A stretch of DNA of 64,000 bases from Octopus vulgaris (Eukaryota), in NCBI GenBank assembly GCA_951406725.2, contig OX597835.1, positions 36,208,001-36,272,000 of the forward strand, read 5' to 3'. A program made the position numbers and the translations under genes. Below, in pieces: positions 1-12,128 of this stretch (its first letter is position 1; every line of letters begins with the position of its first letter). The notes below the pieces were generated by a model, which worked only from the letters and a program-made list of their open reading frames with translations, searched no databases and was not told the DNA's origin.

Positions 1-53
1 TATACTTACATATACATAACGTAAATACATACACATATGCATGCATACATAAT

Positions 54-122
<69 letters not shown>

Positions 123-278
123 CATATATATATGAGGGCAGATGAGGGCAGCTGCATCAAACTCTCTTAGGCACCAAATGTCAATTGCTAAAAAGTATTC
201 GTGAAGTAAAATCATGTAGCAACACCAAATGGCGGTGCCCCAGCGTGGCCACAGCTCGTGAGCTGAAAGTAGATGAAA

Positions 279-328
<50 letters not shown>

Positions 329-448
329 ACAATCAAGGAACGGCCATAATAGGCCATTCACCCACTAGAAATAACAGCCAAAAGCTTTAACCGCAAAATA
401 ACGTCAATTCCGTAAACCAGGAGAAAATTGAAAAACATTTACCCTGTA

Positions 449-555
449 ATTTCTTAGACGATGCACCGTTTCATCTTCTGTTTAATGGAAAACTAACCTG
501 ATTAAATTAAATCAAGCCAATCTACCATAGGCCCTTAGATTCATCAGTAAGAAAT
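449..555 (-). ncRNA. Type I hammerhead ribozyme, copy L1
   Basis: Reverse complement of the motif at 2416-2522; predicted cleavage between 457 and 456 on the minus strand. Confidence 0.85.
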
Positions 556-943
556 AGCCAAACCGGAACAGATATTTTTCACGAGGCATTCTCATTGCTA
601 CCTCGTCAATATCTGACCTAAAATTTTCAAATCGTCGCACTCGCGCCAAATTTATCGGCAGCAAATAAATATAAGCCGCCGATTCCATTACGGAATTAAC
701 CAGAAAATTCATAATTAATCAATATAGGGTGGCAAAAAAAAAAATTTTGTAGAATTCTTTTGCCACCAGCGGCCTAGTGGGAAAAAATTAAATAGTCATA
801 AACCATTTTTAAGTTCAACATCAACAATCAAGGAACGGCCATAATAGGCCATTCACCCACTAGAAATAACAGCCAAAAGCTTTAACCGCAAAATAACGTC
901 AATTCCGTAAACCAGGAGAAAATTGAAAAACATTTACCCTGTA

Positions 944-1050
944 ATTTCTTAGACGATGCACCGTTTCATCTTCTGTTTAATGGAAAACTAACCTGATTAA
1001 ATTAAATCAAGCCAATCTACCATAGGCCCTTAGATTCATCAGTAAGAAAT
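944..1050 (-). ncRNA. Type I hammerhead ribozyme, copy L2
   Basis: Identical to L1, offset +495. Confidence 0.85.
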
Positions 1051-1438
1051 AGCCAAACCGGAACAGATATTTTTCACGAGGCATTCTCATTGCTACCTCG
1101 TCAATATCTGACCTAAAATTTTCAAATCGTCGCACTCGCGCCAAATTTATCGGCAGCAAATAAATATAAGCCGCCGATTCCATTACGGAATTAACCAGAA
1201 AATTCATAATTAATCAATATAGGGTGGCAAAAAAAAAAATTTTGTAGAATTCTTTTGCCACCAGCGGCCTAGTGGGAAAAAATTAAATAGTCATAAACCA
1301 TTTTTAAGTTCAACATCAACAATCAAGGAACGGCCATAATAGGCCATTCACCCACTAGAAATAACAGCCAAAAGCTTTAACCGCAAAATAACGTCAATTC
1401 CGTAAACCAGGAGAAAATTGAAAAACATTTACCCTGTA

Positions 1439-1545
1439 ATTTCTTAGACGATGCACCGTTTCATCTTCTGTTTAATGGAAAACTAACCTGATTAAATTAA
1501 ATCAAGCCAATCTACCATAGGCCCTTAGATTCATCAGTAAGAAAT
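1439..1545 (-). ncRNA. Type I hammerhead ribozyme, copy L3
   Basis: Identical to L1, offset +990. Confidence 0.85.
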
Positions 1546-1932
1546 AGCCAAACCGGAACAGATATTTTTCACGAGGCATTCTCATTGCTACCTCGTCAAT
1601 ATCTGACCTAAAATTTTCAAATCGTCGCACTCGCGCCAAATTTATCGGCAGCAAATAAATATAAGCCGCCGATTCCATTACGGAATTAACCAGAAAATTC
1701 ATAATTAATCAATATAGGGTGGCAAAAAAAAAATTTTGTAGAATTCTTTTGCCACCAGCGGCCTAGTGGGAAAAAATTAAATAGTCATAAACCATTTTTA
1801 AGTTCAACATCAACAATCAAGGAACGGCCATAATAGGCCATTCACCCACTAGAAATAACAGCCAAAAGCTTTAACCGCAAAATAACGTCAATTCCGTAAA
1901 CCAGGAGAAAATTGAAAAACATTTACCCTGTA

Positions 1933-2039
1933 ATTTCTTAGACGATGCACCGTTTCATCTTCTGTTTAATGGAAAACTAACCTGATTAAATTAAATCAAG
2001 CCAATCTACCATAGGCCCTTAGATTCATCAGTAAGAAAT
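1933..2039 (-). ncRNA. Type I hammerhead ribozyme, copy L4
   Basis: Identical to L1; lies 8 nt inside the inversion junction. Confidence 0.85.
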
Positions 2040-2415
2040 AGCCAAACGGAATTGACGTTATTACGGAATTGACGTTATTTTGCGGTTAAAGCTTTTGGCT
2101 GTTATTTCTAGTGGGTGAATGGCCTATTATGGCCGTTCCTTGATTGTTGATGTTGAACTTAAAAATGGTTTATGACTATTTAATTTTTTCCCACTAGGCC
2201 GCTGGTGGCAAAAGAATTCTACAAAATTTTTTTTTTTGCCACCCTATATTGATTAATTATGAATTTTCTGGTTAATTCCGTAATGGAATCGGCGGCTTAT
2301 ATTTATTTGCTGCCGATAAATTTGGCGCGAGTGCGACGATTTGAAAATTTTAGGTCAGATATTGACGAGGTAGCAATGAGAATGCCTCGTGAAAAATATC
2401 TGTTCCGGTTTGGCT

Positions 2416-2522
2416 ATTTCTTACTGATGAATCTAAGGGCCTATGGTAGATTGGCTTGATTTAATTTAATCAGGTTAGTTTTCCATTAAACAGAAGATGA
2501 AACGGTGCATCGTCTAAGAAAT
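2416..2522 (+). ncRNA. Type I hammerhead ribozyme, copy R1
   Basis: Stem I ATTTCTTA (2416-2423) pairs with TAAGAAAT (2515-2522). Core CTGATGA at 2424-2430. Stem II ATCT (2431-2434)/AGAT (2495-2498) closes a long hairpin. GAAA at 2499-2502. Stem III ACGG/TCGT has a palindromic TGCA loop. GTC triplet, cleavage predicted after 2514. Confidence 0.9.
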
Positions 2523-2910
2523 TACAGGGTAAATGTTTTTCAATTTTCTCCTGGTTTACGGAATTGACGTTATTTTGCGGTTAAAGCTTTTGGCTGTTAT
2601 TTCTAGTGGGTGAATGGCCTATTATGGCCGTTCCTTGATTGTTGATGTTGAACTTAAAAATGGTTTATGACTATTTAATTTTTTCCCACTAGGCCGCTGG
2701 TGGCAAAAGAATTCTACAAAATTTTTTTTTTTGCCACCCTATATTGATTAATTATGAATTTTCTGGTTAATTCCGTAATGGAATCGGCGGCTTATATTTA
2801 TTTGCTGCCGATAAATTTGGCGCGAGTGCGACGATTTGAAAATTTTAGGTCAGATATTGACGAGGTAGCAATGAGAATGCCTCGTGAAAAATATCTGTTC
2901 CGGTTTGGCT

Positions 2911-3017
2911 ATTTCTTACTGATGAATCTAAGGGCCTATGGTAGATTGGCTTGATTTAATTTAATCAGGTTAGTTTTCCATTAAACAGAAGATGAAACGG
3001 TGCATCGTCTAAGAAAT
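2911..3017 (+). ncRNA. Type I hammerhead ribozyme, copy R2
   Basis: Identical to R1; cleavage predicted after 3009. Confidence 0.85.
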
Positions 3018-3406
3018 TACAGGGTAAATGTTTTTCAATTTTCTCCTGGTTTACGGAATTGACGTTATTTTGCGGTTAAAGCTTTTGGCTGTTATTTCTA
3101 GTGGGTGAATGGCCTATTATGGCCGTTCCTTGATTGTTGATGTTGAACTTAAAAATGGTTTATGACTATTTAATTTTTTCCCACTAGGCCGCTGGTGGCA
3201 AAATAATTCTACAAAATTTTTTTTTTTTGCCACCCTATATTGATTAATTATGAATTTTCTGGTTAATTCCGTAATGGAATCGGCGGCTTATATTTATTTG
3301 CTGCCGATAAATTTGGCGCGAGTGCGACGATTTGAAAATTTTAGGTCAGATATTGACGAGGTAGCAATGAGAATGCCTCGTGAAAAATATCTGTTCCGGT
3401 TTGGCT

Positions 3407-3513
3407 ATTTCTTACTGATGAATCTAAGGGCCTATGGTAGATTGGCTTGATTTAATTTAATCAGGTTAGTTTTCCATTAAACAGAAGATGAAACGGTGCA
3501 TCGTCTAAGAAAT
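3407..3513 (+). ncRNA. Type I hammerhead ribozyme, copy R3
   Basis: Identical to R1; cleavage predicted after 3505. Confidence 0.85.
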
Positions 3514-3736
3514 TACAGGGTAAATGTTTTTCAATTTTCTCCTGGTTTACGGAATTGACGTTATTTTGCGGTTAAAGCTTTTGGCTGTTATTTCTAGTGG
3601 GTGAATGGCCTATTATGGCCGTTCCTTGATTGTTGATGTTGAACTTAAAAATGGTTTATGACTATTTAATTTTTTCCCACTAGGCCGCTGGTGGCAAAAG
3701 AATTCTACAAAATTTTTTTTTGCCACCCTATATTGA

Positions 3737-3808
<72 letters not shown>

Positions 3809-4369
3809 GGGAGAGAGAGAAGGGGAGAGAGAGAAGGGGAGAGAGGGGGAGAGAGAGAAGGTGAGAGAGGGAGAGGGAGAGAAGATGAGAGAGATGATTT
3901 TCCAAACAATCCAAAAGTTATTAGGAATTTGGTAAAAAAATATACAGTTGAGACTCTCCAACTTCTCCAACAATGAAGAAGTCTTAATGACAATTCTAGT
4001 TATTATCATACGACTATAAGAAGGTCTGTCGAAACCTATGACCCAGCAAGGTGAACGATTAAGTCATTTGGTATTATCCTCCGTTCAAGAGGATAATAAC
4101 TAATAAGTAACTAATAAGTAACTAATACCTTCACCAAAGTGTTTTTGCAGCTCTTAACCAAATATATTTTACAAGAACACAAATACTATGAAAGCTAAAT
4201 TAAATTTTTTTTATTAATTGTACAACATTTTGCACAAACAAAATATTTTAGTTGTTACCAATCTAAACTTAATCTGATCACGTGATATTTTAATGGAACA
4301 ACATGTTCTACACTAATTGCTACTTAGTAGAACGCAGATTTTAAACACCCCGAATCATGTCATATGTCA

Positions 4370-4530
4370 TGCTAACCCCTTTAAATTCAGTTATGAACAA
4401 GTGTTTTTACACCTTTCGTAATTGAAGAGAAGCAATGACTCTTCGGCATCGAAGTATATCTGGGAAGTAAAATCGACAAATATTAATAACAATATTGATT
4501 TTAAAATTCTGGCCTTTGCTAGACGGTACA
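4370..4530 (+). pseudogene. Degenerate Penelope-like GIY-YIG endonuclease C-terminal fragment
   Basis: Translation SNDSSASKYIWEVKSTNINNNIDFKILAFARRY resembles the LSKYIWELK...IxWxIL...Y motif of Penelope-like endonucleases. Confidence 0.55.
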
Positions 4531-4911
4531 TCAATCGCATGCATGTCTACCTGATTTTTTGCAACAGATGCGTCGAATTTATGGCGAATGTTTGGTCTCT
4601 CTCATAGCTGGTCCACGATATTGCAGGGACAGTAGCGTAACCGTCTCTATCATGCCTGGGTTTTTTTCAGAAGCAAGTGTCTTGCTGAAAGCACACTTGC
4701 CTCCTCTCCACTCAAGAATATGTCGCGAAGGATAGACGAGTCTGTACTCTCGCAGTATCCACTGGGCCGCGAGATATGTCAGATTTTCGTTAAGTATGAT
4801 TTGTACGTATCTTCCTACCTGACATTCCGCCCGGGTTTTCTGTATGGATTTGCTCCATTAGACTTGATATTGCAGCAAATATTTGCATCAATATAGATCG
4901 AATAGGTGGCT

Positions 4912-5103
4912 TTTATCTTTTAGCCGTTTTAGTCATTAGGTTGCGGCCATGCTGGGGCACCTCCTTGAATATTTTTAAAGCCCGATGCTTATTCTATCGG
5001 TGGATTTTGGCTGAAGCACTAACTTACGGAGACGCAAACACAGTAACACCGGTTGTGGTGGGGGGCAACGAATACAGACACAAAGACACACACATACATT
5101 TAT

Positions 5104-5169
<66 letters not shown>

Positions 5170-5296
5170 CAAAATGGGACAAGAACGCATAATATCCGGT
5201 CAGTTAGGTGATATAAAAATGGGACAACAAAACATTCAGATAGACGATACAAAGAAAATAAGGACGTGTCATTCGATGTTTTCTTTCCTCCTATAG

Positions 5297-5376
<80 letters not shown>

Positions 5377-5412
5377 GGCGGTGCATCAGCATGGCCGCAG
5401 CTCTGTATGAAA

Positions 5413-5446
<34 letters not shown>

Positions 5447-5590
5447 CAATGAGCTTCTTTCAGTTTACGTCAACCAAATTCACTCACAAAGATTTGGCCA
5501 GTCTGAGGCTGTAGTAGAAGACACTTGCCCAAGGTGCCACACAGTGGGACTGAACCAGAAATCATGTAGTTGGGAAGCAACCTTTTTACT
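4912..5590 (-). mobile_element. tRNA-derived SINE family A, interrupted by microsatellites and another repeat end
   Basis: Reverse complement of the family-A tail (gcggccatgctggggcacc) and head (gacacttgcccaaggtgccacacagtgggactgaacc); compare 23608-24078. Confidence 0.75.
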
Positions 5591-5934
5591 ATACCTTTTC
5601 CATGACTTCTAATTTTAACTTCACATCTAGTCTAAAGTTTGTTCCTTTCCTTTAATCACTTCTACGAGATTTCATACAACAATCCACCCGATTGCTGTTT
5701 TTCTTCTTTTATTCAGATTTCCTTCATTGAATTTCATAATTTCATTCATTTTCAGTTATTTCTAACTCGACAAAATAGATATTCCTCTGTTCCTTATGCT
5801 TCCTGACAATATTCATCCTTACCATTATAATTATTCATATAACTATTTCTAAATTTATTACTTCTGAATCTCTGCCCGGGGAGACGCGCATGATCTGCGT
5901 TGATATGTGGCAATGATACAAATTTATTTTAGGC

Positions 5935-6100
5935 ACCAGGCAAAGTGCTTAACAGCATTTCATTTGTCATTACTTTCTGAATTTAAATTCCACCGAGATC
6001 GACTTTGCCTTCCACTATTCCCTGGTCGATAAAATAAGTATCAGTTGAGTATTGGTATCGGTTTAATCGAAACTGCTGGCCTGGTGCCAAAATTTGAAAT
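5935..6100 (+). mobile_element. SINE family B, degenerate
   Basis: aaattccaccgagatcgactttgcctt...ggtcgataaaataagta matches the family at 54215-54790 and 63445-63612. Confidence 0.6.
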
Positions 6101-6131
6101 CAGTATTACAAATTCATTTAAAGTCATACTC

Positions 6132-6215
<84 letters not shown>

Positions 6216-6518
6216 GAGTATGACTTTAAATGAATTTGTAATACTGATTTAAAATTTTGGCACCAGGCCAGCAATTTCGATTGCACCCACCCCATTAGCC
6301 TTGATATTACAACAAATACATTTGCACCAATGTAGACCTAATGTATATTTATTCATATATACTTCAAAATCTCATTAAATCTGTTAAGATTGTATATAAC
6401 AGTCTATTTGCATTGACTTCTTACAAAATGTTATTACTTGTTTCAGACGAATACCCATTATCGTTACACACGCACACACCAGACACACACACACACATTC
6501 ACATACATATGTGTGTGC

Positions 6519-6558
<40 letters not shown>

Positions 6559-7195
6559 AAGGGTTTAGCAACAAGTTGCTTAACCACATACCGAAAAATT
6601 TAGAAATAGCAGCCAAAAGACCGTTATTTCTTTTCGCTACAAAATATGACTCCATAGATAACCCACTCTGTAACTCACACAAACAAAAAAGTAGGAAAAT
6701 AATGAAATCAAACAGTCTTCGGTTAATTATGGACGCGTTTCTGGATTAGAATTATAAAACTCATTTCCTTATCAACATAATATTCCGATAATTATAAATT
6801 AGAAAATGCAAGAAAACTTACCCTTATATATAGCTACACATATATAGATATATTTATGTTGAATAAACATCATTCAGTTTTGCTGTTAATAATCACAACT
6901 AGTTATACTAGAAGGCTCAAGATAAATCTTACAGTCAGCAAGATAAATCGATTCGTTCAATCAATTCGTTTCGATCTTTCTAACGGTAACGACAAGTCTT
7001 GATTAATAACTCTTGATTGTAGAGATGCAATAACAGTCACAATGTATAGATAATTAATATTCAATAATACTCTATTAATATAGAGAATTAATATTATGCA
7101 CAGATAATGTAATATTTCTCAGACAAACGACGTTATATAATTTACCGTTTTCAGTATCTTCGAAGTTTTGCTGGATGTGACTTATTCAAACTGAT

Positions 7196-8120
7196 ATGAC
7201 TTCACAACTACCACTACTACCATCACCAGAATCATCACCAGCACCATTACAACTATCACTGGCACCACCGTCACTAACCCCCACCGTCACAAACAGCACC
7301 ACCACCACTACATCACTGTCACCACCACCGCCACCACAACCATCACAAACAACTCCTCCACAATCGCCACAACCACCACCATAGCCATTAGCACCACAAT
7401 CATCATCACCACCATCGCAAGCATCACGACCATAATTACCAACACCACCACCATCACGAGCACCACCACTATCGCCATCACTATCATCACCAGCAACATC
7501 ATCACCACCATCACCACCATCACGAACACCACTATCACCAGCAACATCACCCCTAACACCACCATCACCACTATCACCAGCAACATCACCCCTACCACCA
7601 CCACCATCACCATCGCCACCACCACTATCACGAACACCACCATCACCAACACCACCATCACCACCACCGCCACCACCACAATCATCACCAACATCATCAC
7701 CATCACCACCATCACCACTATCACCACCACCACCATCATCACCACCACCATCACCACCACCACTACCAGTATCACCACCACCACCATCACGAACGCCACC
7801 ACTATCACCACACCTCAATAACAACCACCATTATCAACACCACTACATCCTCTACTAAAAGCAGCACCATCGAAACTATGGCCGGAACAACCATTCTCAC
7901 TACTATCTCCTTAACAACAACAACAACTTTAACCACTACCTCCTTCACAACTACAGCAACAATCACAAACACTACCACGACTACTATCTCCACCACCACC
8001 GTACCTTTTAAACAGCAACAGTCGGCACCATCCTTACCATTACTAACACCAACACAACCATCACGACCACCGCCACCACCACTACAAACACCACCACTCT
8101 TCACTAACATCTCAACAACA
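7196..8120. repeat. Degenerate (ACC/ATC)n trinucleotide low-complexity tract
   Basis: Continuous acc/atc/cac triplets giving only low-complexity ORFs in several frames. Confidence 0.85.
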
Positions 8121-8324
8121 AATTAGACATTATACCATCATCTAATTTACGCCGAAGAATTTAATTTTGTGTGAAAGTTAGCATTTTTCGCCTGGAGGTG
8201 AAAAATATACTAAAAGATGCACTTTCGTTTACTATTGTAAAATAACTCGTTTCACGTTTTTGCCGGTGGAATTTTCACGGCACGAACATGTGCCAGGAGG
8301 GACCATAAGCTGGGTGGTGGTGAA

Positions 8325-8371
<47 letters not shown>

Positions 8372-8865
8372 GAGAGAGACTGTGAGAGAAAGAGGGAGTG
8401 AAAGAGATGGAGAAAAGTGGGGTACGGAGAAAAGGAGAGAAAAAGAGCGGAAGAGATACGATGTGTACGTTCAAGATGGCGGTAGAGAAGGATTGACGTG
8501 TTGAGAGAAATGTATAGAGACGGAGTGAACATTAGCGTTGACAACATCGAAAAGACAGACTCACAAACGCGAGCGCAAACACACCTACACACACATACAT
8601 AGACGCGTACATGAATGAATGATGTATGTATGTGTAATATATTTATGTGTATATATATGTGTGTGTGTGTATGAATATATCTATGTGTGTATGTGTGTGC
8701 TTGTAGTATGTAGATAGGTATGTATGCATACATACTTGCATATGAATGCATGCATGTATATATATATATATATGTATATATATACATATATATATATATA
8801 TATGCATATATATATGCATACATAGACATATATATGTGTGCATGTGTATATATAAATATACATTC

Positions 8866-8904
<39 letters not shown>

Positions 8905-9035
8905 CATTTATATGCATATACATATGTATATATATATACATAAATACACACACACACATATATATATGTATATATAGTATACATATATATACACATGCAT
9001 ACATATATACACACATGTATAAATGTATATATATT

Positions 9036-9108
<73 letters not shown>

Positions 9109-9319
9109 CTATGTATATATTTATATATGTATATATATATATACATACATATATATATATATATGTATGTATATATATCAACACATAAAGTATATATGAG
9201 GAAGAAGAAAGAAGTAGGAGAGAGATGGAGAGGGGGAGAGACACAGATCCATGAGGGAGAGAGAGACGGAGATAGAGAAAGTCCAAAAGAGAGAGAGATA
9301 CGTTAAAGAGTTAGATGAG

Positions 9320-9450
9320 AAGAGAAGAAGAAGAAGAAGAAGAAGAAGAAGAAGAAGAAGAAGAAGAAGAAGAAGAAGAAGAAGAAGAAGAAGAAGAAGA
9401 AGGAGAAGAAGAAGAAGAAGAAGAAGAAGAAGAAAAAGAAGAAGAAGAAA
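9320..9450. repeat. (GAA)n microsatellite
   Basis: Near-perfect GAA run. Confidence 0.95.
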
Positions 9451-10165
9451 AAGGAAAAGAAAGAAGGAAAGGAATGATAAGACAGGATGGGAGGAATAAA
9501 TTCAATTAATGTCAAAATTACTTAGCTTTACTTAGCTTTGGATAAATTAGCTGTGAGGCTTTCCGACGTATGTTTTAATTCAAATGTGTGTGCTAAGAAC
9601 GAACGACACTGCTATGCTTCCTAAATGTTCCTTGTTTGTTTTTTTTTCTTTGTTTTTATTTCGTGTTATTTTATATTATATTTATGTTTTTATTTTTATT
9701 TTTCCTTCATTATTTCTTTATTTTGTTGTTGTTGTTGTTGTTGTTGATGTTTGATCAAGCTTTCGCGGGAGTCGAGGGAGGAAGAAAATAACAGATTGGC
9801 AATATTAACTCAGATAGCTGTATTATGTAGTAAGGCAAAGGGTTAGAGAGATAGAGGTGGCTGGTTGGTCCGTTGGACGGATGGTGGGGTAGATGGATGG
9901 ATGGGTGGATGGATGGGTGGATGGGGGAGATAGATAGATAGATAGGTTGGTAGATAAATACATAGATCCGAAGCTAAATGTCGAAAGAGCTTCATATATA
10001 TTTGTATATGTGTATATGTATGCATCTATATGTATGTATGTGTGCGTATGTGTATATATATATATATATACACACATATATATATATATATTTATATATA
10101 TATATACATATATATACACACACATACTTTTATATATACATATATACACACAAACACCTATATAA

Positions 10166-10263
<98 letters not shown>

Positions 10264-10445
10264 AGGAGGAGAGGGGGAGATTTTTAAGCAACAATAGCAA
10301 GCATTTTCATTGTGATGAAATTAAGGATACAGAAAACCTAATATGACACATTATGTATGTGTTTGTGTTTGTAAATGTGTGTGTGTTTATATGTGTGGTT
10401 GTGTATGTGTGTGTGTGTATGTATGTGCAAGTGTATGCATAGTTT

Positions 10446-10476
<31 letters not shown>

Positions 10477-11069
10477 GCGTTTGTATATCGGTCTGTGCGT
10501 GTTTGTGTGCTTTAGTATGCCTGTGTAAGCACAATCAACAAGGACCGTGTAGAAGAGAAAAATTGAAGGAATACAGGAAGGAGGAGAGAGATAGAATGGA
10601 GGGGATAGAGAGAGACAGACAGACAGAATGAGAAAGAGAGAGAGAAAGAAAGAGAGTTAGACAATAAGGGGACAAAGAGGGAAAAACAGAGAAACGAGAG
10701 GAAACGTGTTAATAGCAAGAAAAGTTTCGTCTTCAGCATTTTTATATTACATTACAATAGATATTTACCTAACCGAATACGTTGTAGGTGGAGGCACTTT
10801 ATGCCTCTAGCCACCAACGGCACTTACAAATTTGGGACTGTGTAGGTTTGTTTCTCTTGCTAGAAACAGAAGCTAAAAATTGATTCTTGGTAAGGAGACC
10901 GTATTTCGTTTAACAACCATAATATACCACCAGGTATATTAAAAGGTTTATAAGTTAATATTGTGTCCTACTTTTTTGTGAGTCAATCACTGTTACGTCA
11001 CCGCTACAGATATTTTATAAGATTTAGGGTCAGTTTTGAAAGTTACGACAAGCAGTATACCAATTTTTT

Positions 11070-12021
11070 TGTCTTCGTGAAAAATCCGATGCTTGGCGTT
11101 CCACAGATCCGGTCCCTTTCTCCAATGGTCCTTTCTCAGACCCTTCAAAACGTCGCAGTAGAACCCTCGATTGACAGCTTGGTCCTGGGGGACGAATTCT
11201 CGATGCACAATAACACGAATGTCGAAAAAAATTAAAGATGAGCATGGTCTTGATTGAGCAGCGCCTTTGTCGTGCCTTCTTCGGTTGTAGAGATGAAGGG
11301 ATCTTTCACTGTGACGACCGCTGCTTCATTTCAGGGTCGTACCTGAGGGCCCAACTCTCGTCACCGGTGATTATCCCCGACCTGAAGTATGGGTCATCAG
11401 CAGCACTCTTATGAAGATCTTGACAGACTTCGACGCGGTGTTCTCTCTGATTAGTGGTCAGCATACGGCGACAAAATTGACAAAGACACGCCGCACATTC
11501 AATTCAGACATTAGGTTTCCTTGCACGGACCCATACGAGAGACCAACAGCATCAGTAATGTCGTTTATTGTCCTCCGATGATTCTCATACACAAGCTGAT
11601 GAATTCTCTCCACATTTCCGAGGATGATGCTAGTGGCAGGTCTTCCAGACTGCTCATCATTTTCCAGGGACATTCTTCCGATTTTGAAGCACCCATGTTT
11701 CTCGAAACTTTGCATACGACCCACTGCTTCGACGCCGTAAACTTACCGAAACATGCTCAATGTCTTCGTAGCAGACTTACCAGATTTAACGCAAAAATTC
11801 ACGTTGGATCTTTGTTCCTGTGCATGACAAAATCGCAAACTGTATAGCATATACATGATCGCAAAAACACAAATTTTGCAATTTGCGAAATAAACAGCAA
11901 TGTCACTCGGCACACTGCCTCGTGAAGGTTACTACTAGCTCTCATCGTGCACATAACCGTGTGCTGCCATCTGTTGACGCACTACAGAACTAGTCTGGCA
12001 ACGTTTTGACACCACCTTGTA
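11070..12021 (-). mobile_element. Mariner DNA transposon, 3'-truncated, disrupted transposase
   Basis: Minus strand starts TA-CAAGGTGGTGTCAAAACG (TIR-like). It encodes FKIGRMSLENDEQSGRP...VGLSYGSVQ (HTH region), IITGDESW..YDPE (first catalytic D) and HREFVPQDQAVNRGFYCDVL...RKGPDLW...FHED, with stops and frameshifts. Confidence 0.9.
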
Positions 12022-12032
12022 TAACTGTGCAT

Positions 12033-12041
12033 ATAGATAGG

Positions 12042-12128
<87 letters not shown>

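Larger units (their letters stand above)
326..3744. mobile_element. Retrozyme-like array: tandem 495-bp hammerhead-containing monomers in two divergent arms, inserted in (TA)n
   Basis: Left arm 326-2047 has unit starts at 326, 821, 1316 and 1810 (~3.5 copies). Right arm 2063-3744 is the reverse complement, with a phase marker at 2063, 2558, 3053 and 3549 (~3.4 copies). The only differences I saw are poly-A/T length and one substitution at 3204. (TA)n flanks both ends. One hammerhead per unit. Confidence 0.85.

Noticed and set aside
727-781. Helitron 3' end (hairpin followed by CTAG)
   Set aside because: The CTAG is internal to the unit and neither array end coincides with it.
326-820. Second hammerhead on the opposite strand (ambisense, viroid-like replicon)
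   Set aside because: No CTGANGA core found on the antisense strand by eye; other ribozyme classes were not excluded.
2259-2459. 66-aa ORF repeated six times, as a protein-coding gene
   Set aside because: Identity across copies just reflects the repeat; no recognisable motif; it overlaps structured RNA elements. Not called a CDS.
326-3744. CRISPR array or ordinary satellite DNA
   Set aside because: There are no unique spacers and the context is eukaryotic. The intact ribozyme, short array and inverted arms in (TA)n are not explained by a plain satellite.
4535-4860. Possible RTE-like LINE relic on the minus strand
   Set aside because: Only faint resemblance (ILREYRL...H); cannot be supported without a profile search.
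7186-8126. Gly/Asp-rich or Pro/Thr-rich (mucin-like) coding exon
   Set aside because: Degenerate trinucleotide tract open in several frames, with no splice or domain support.
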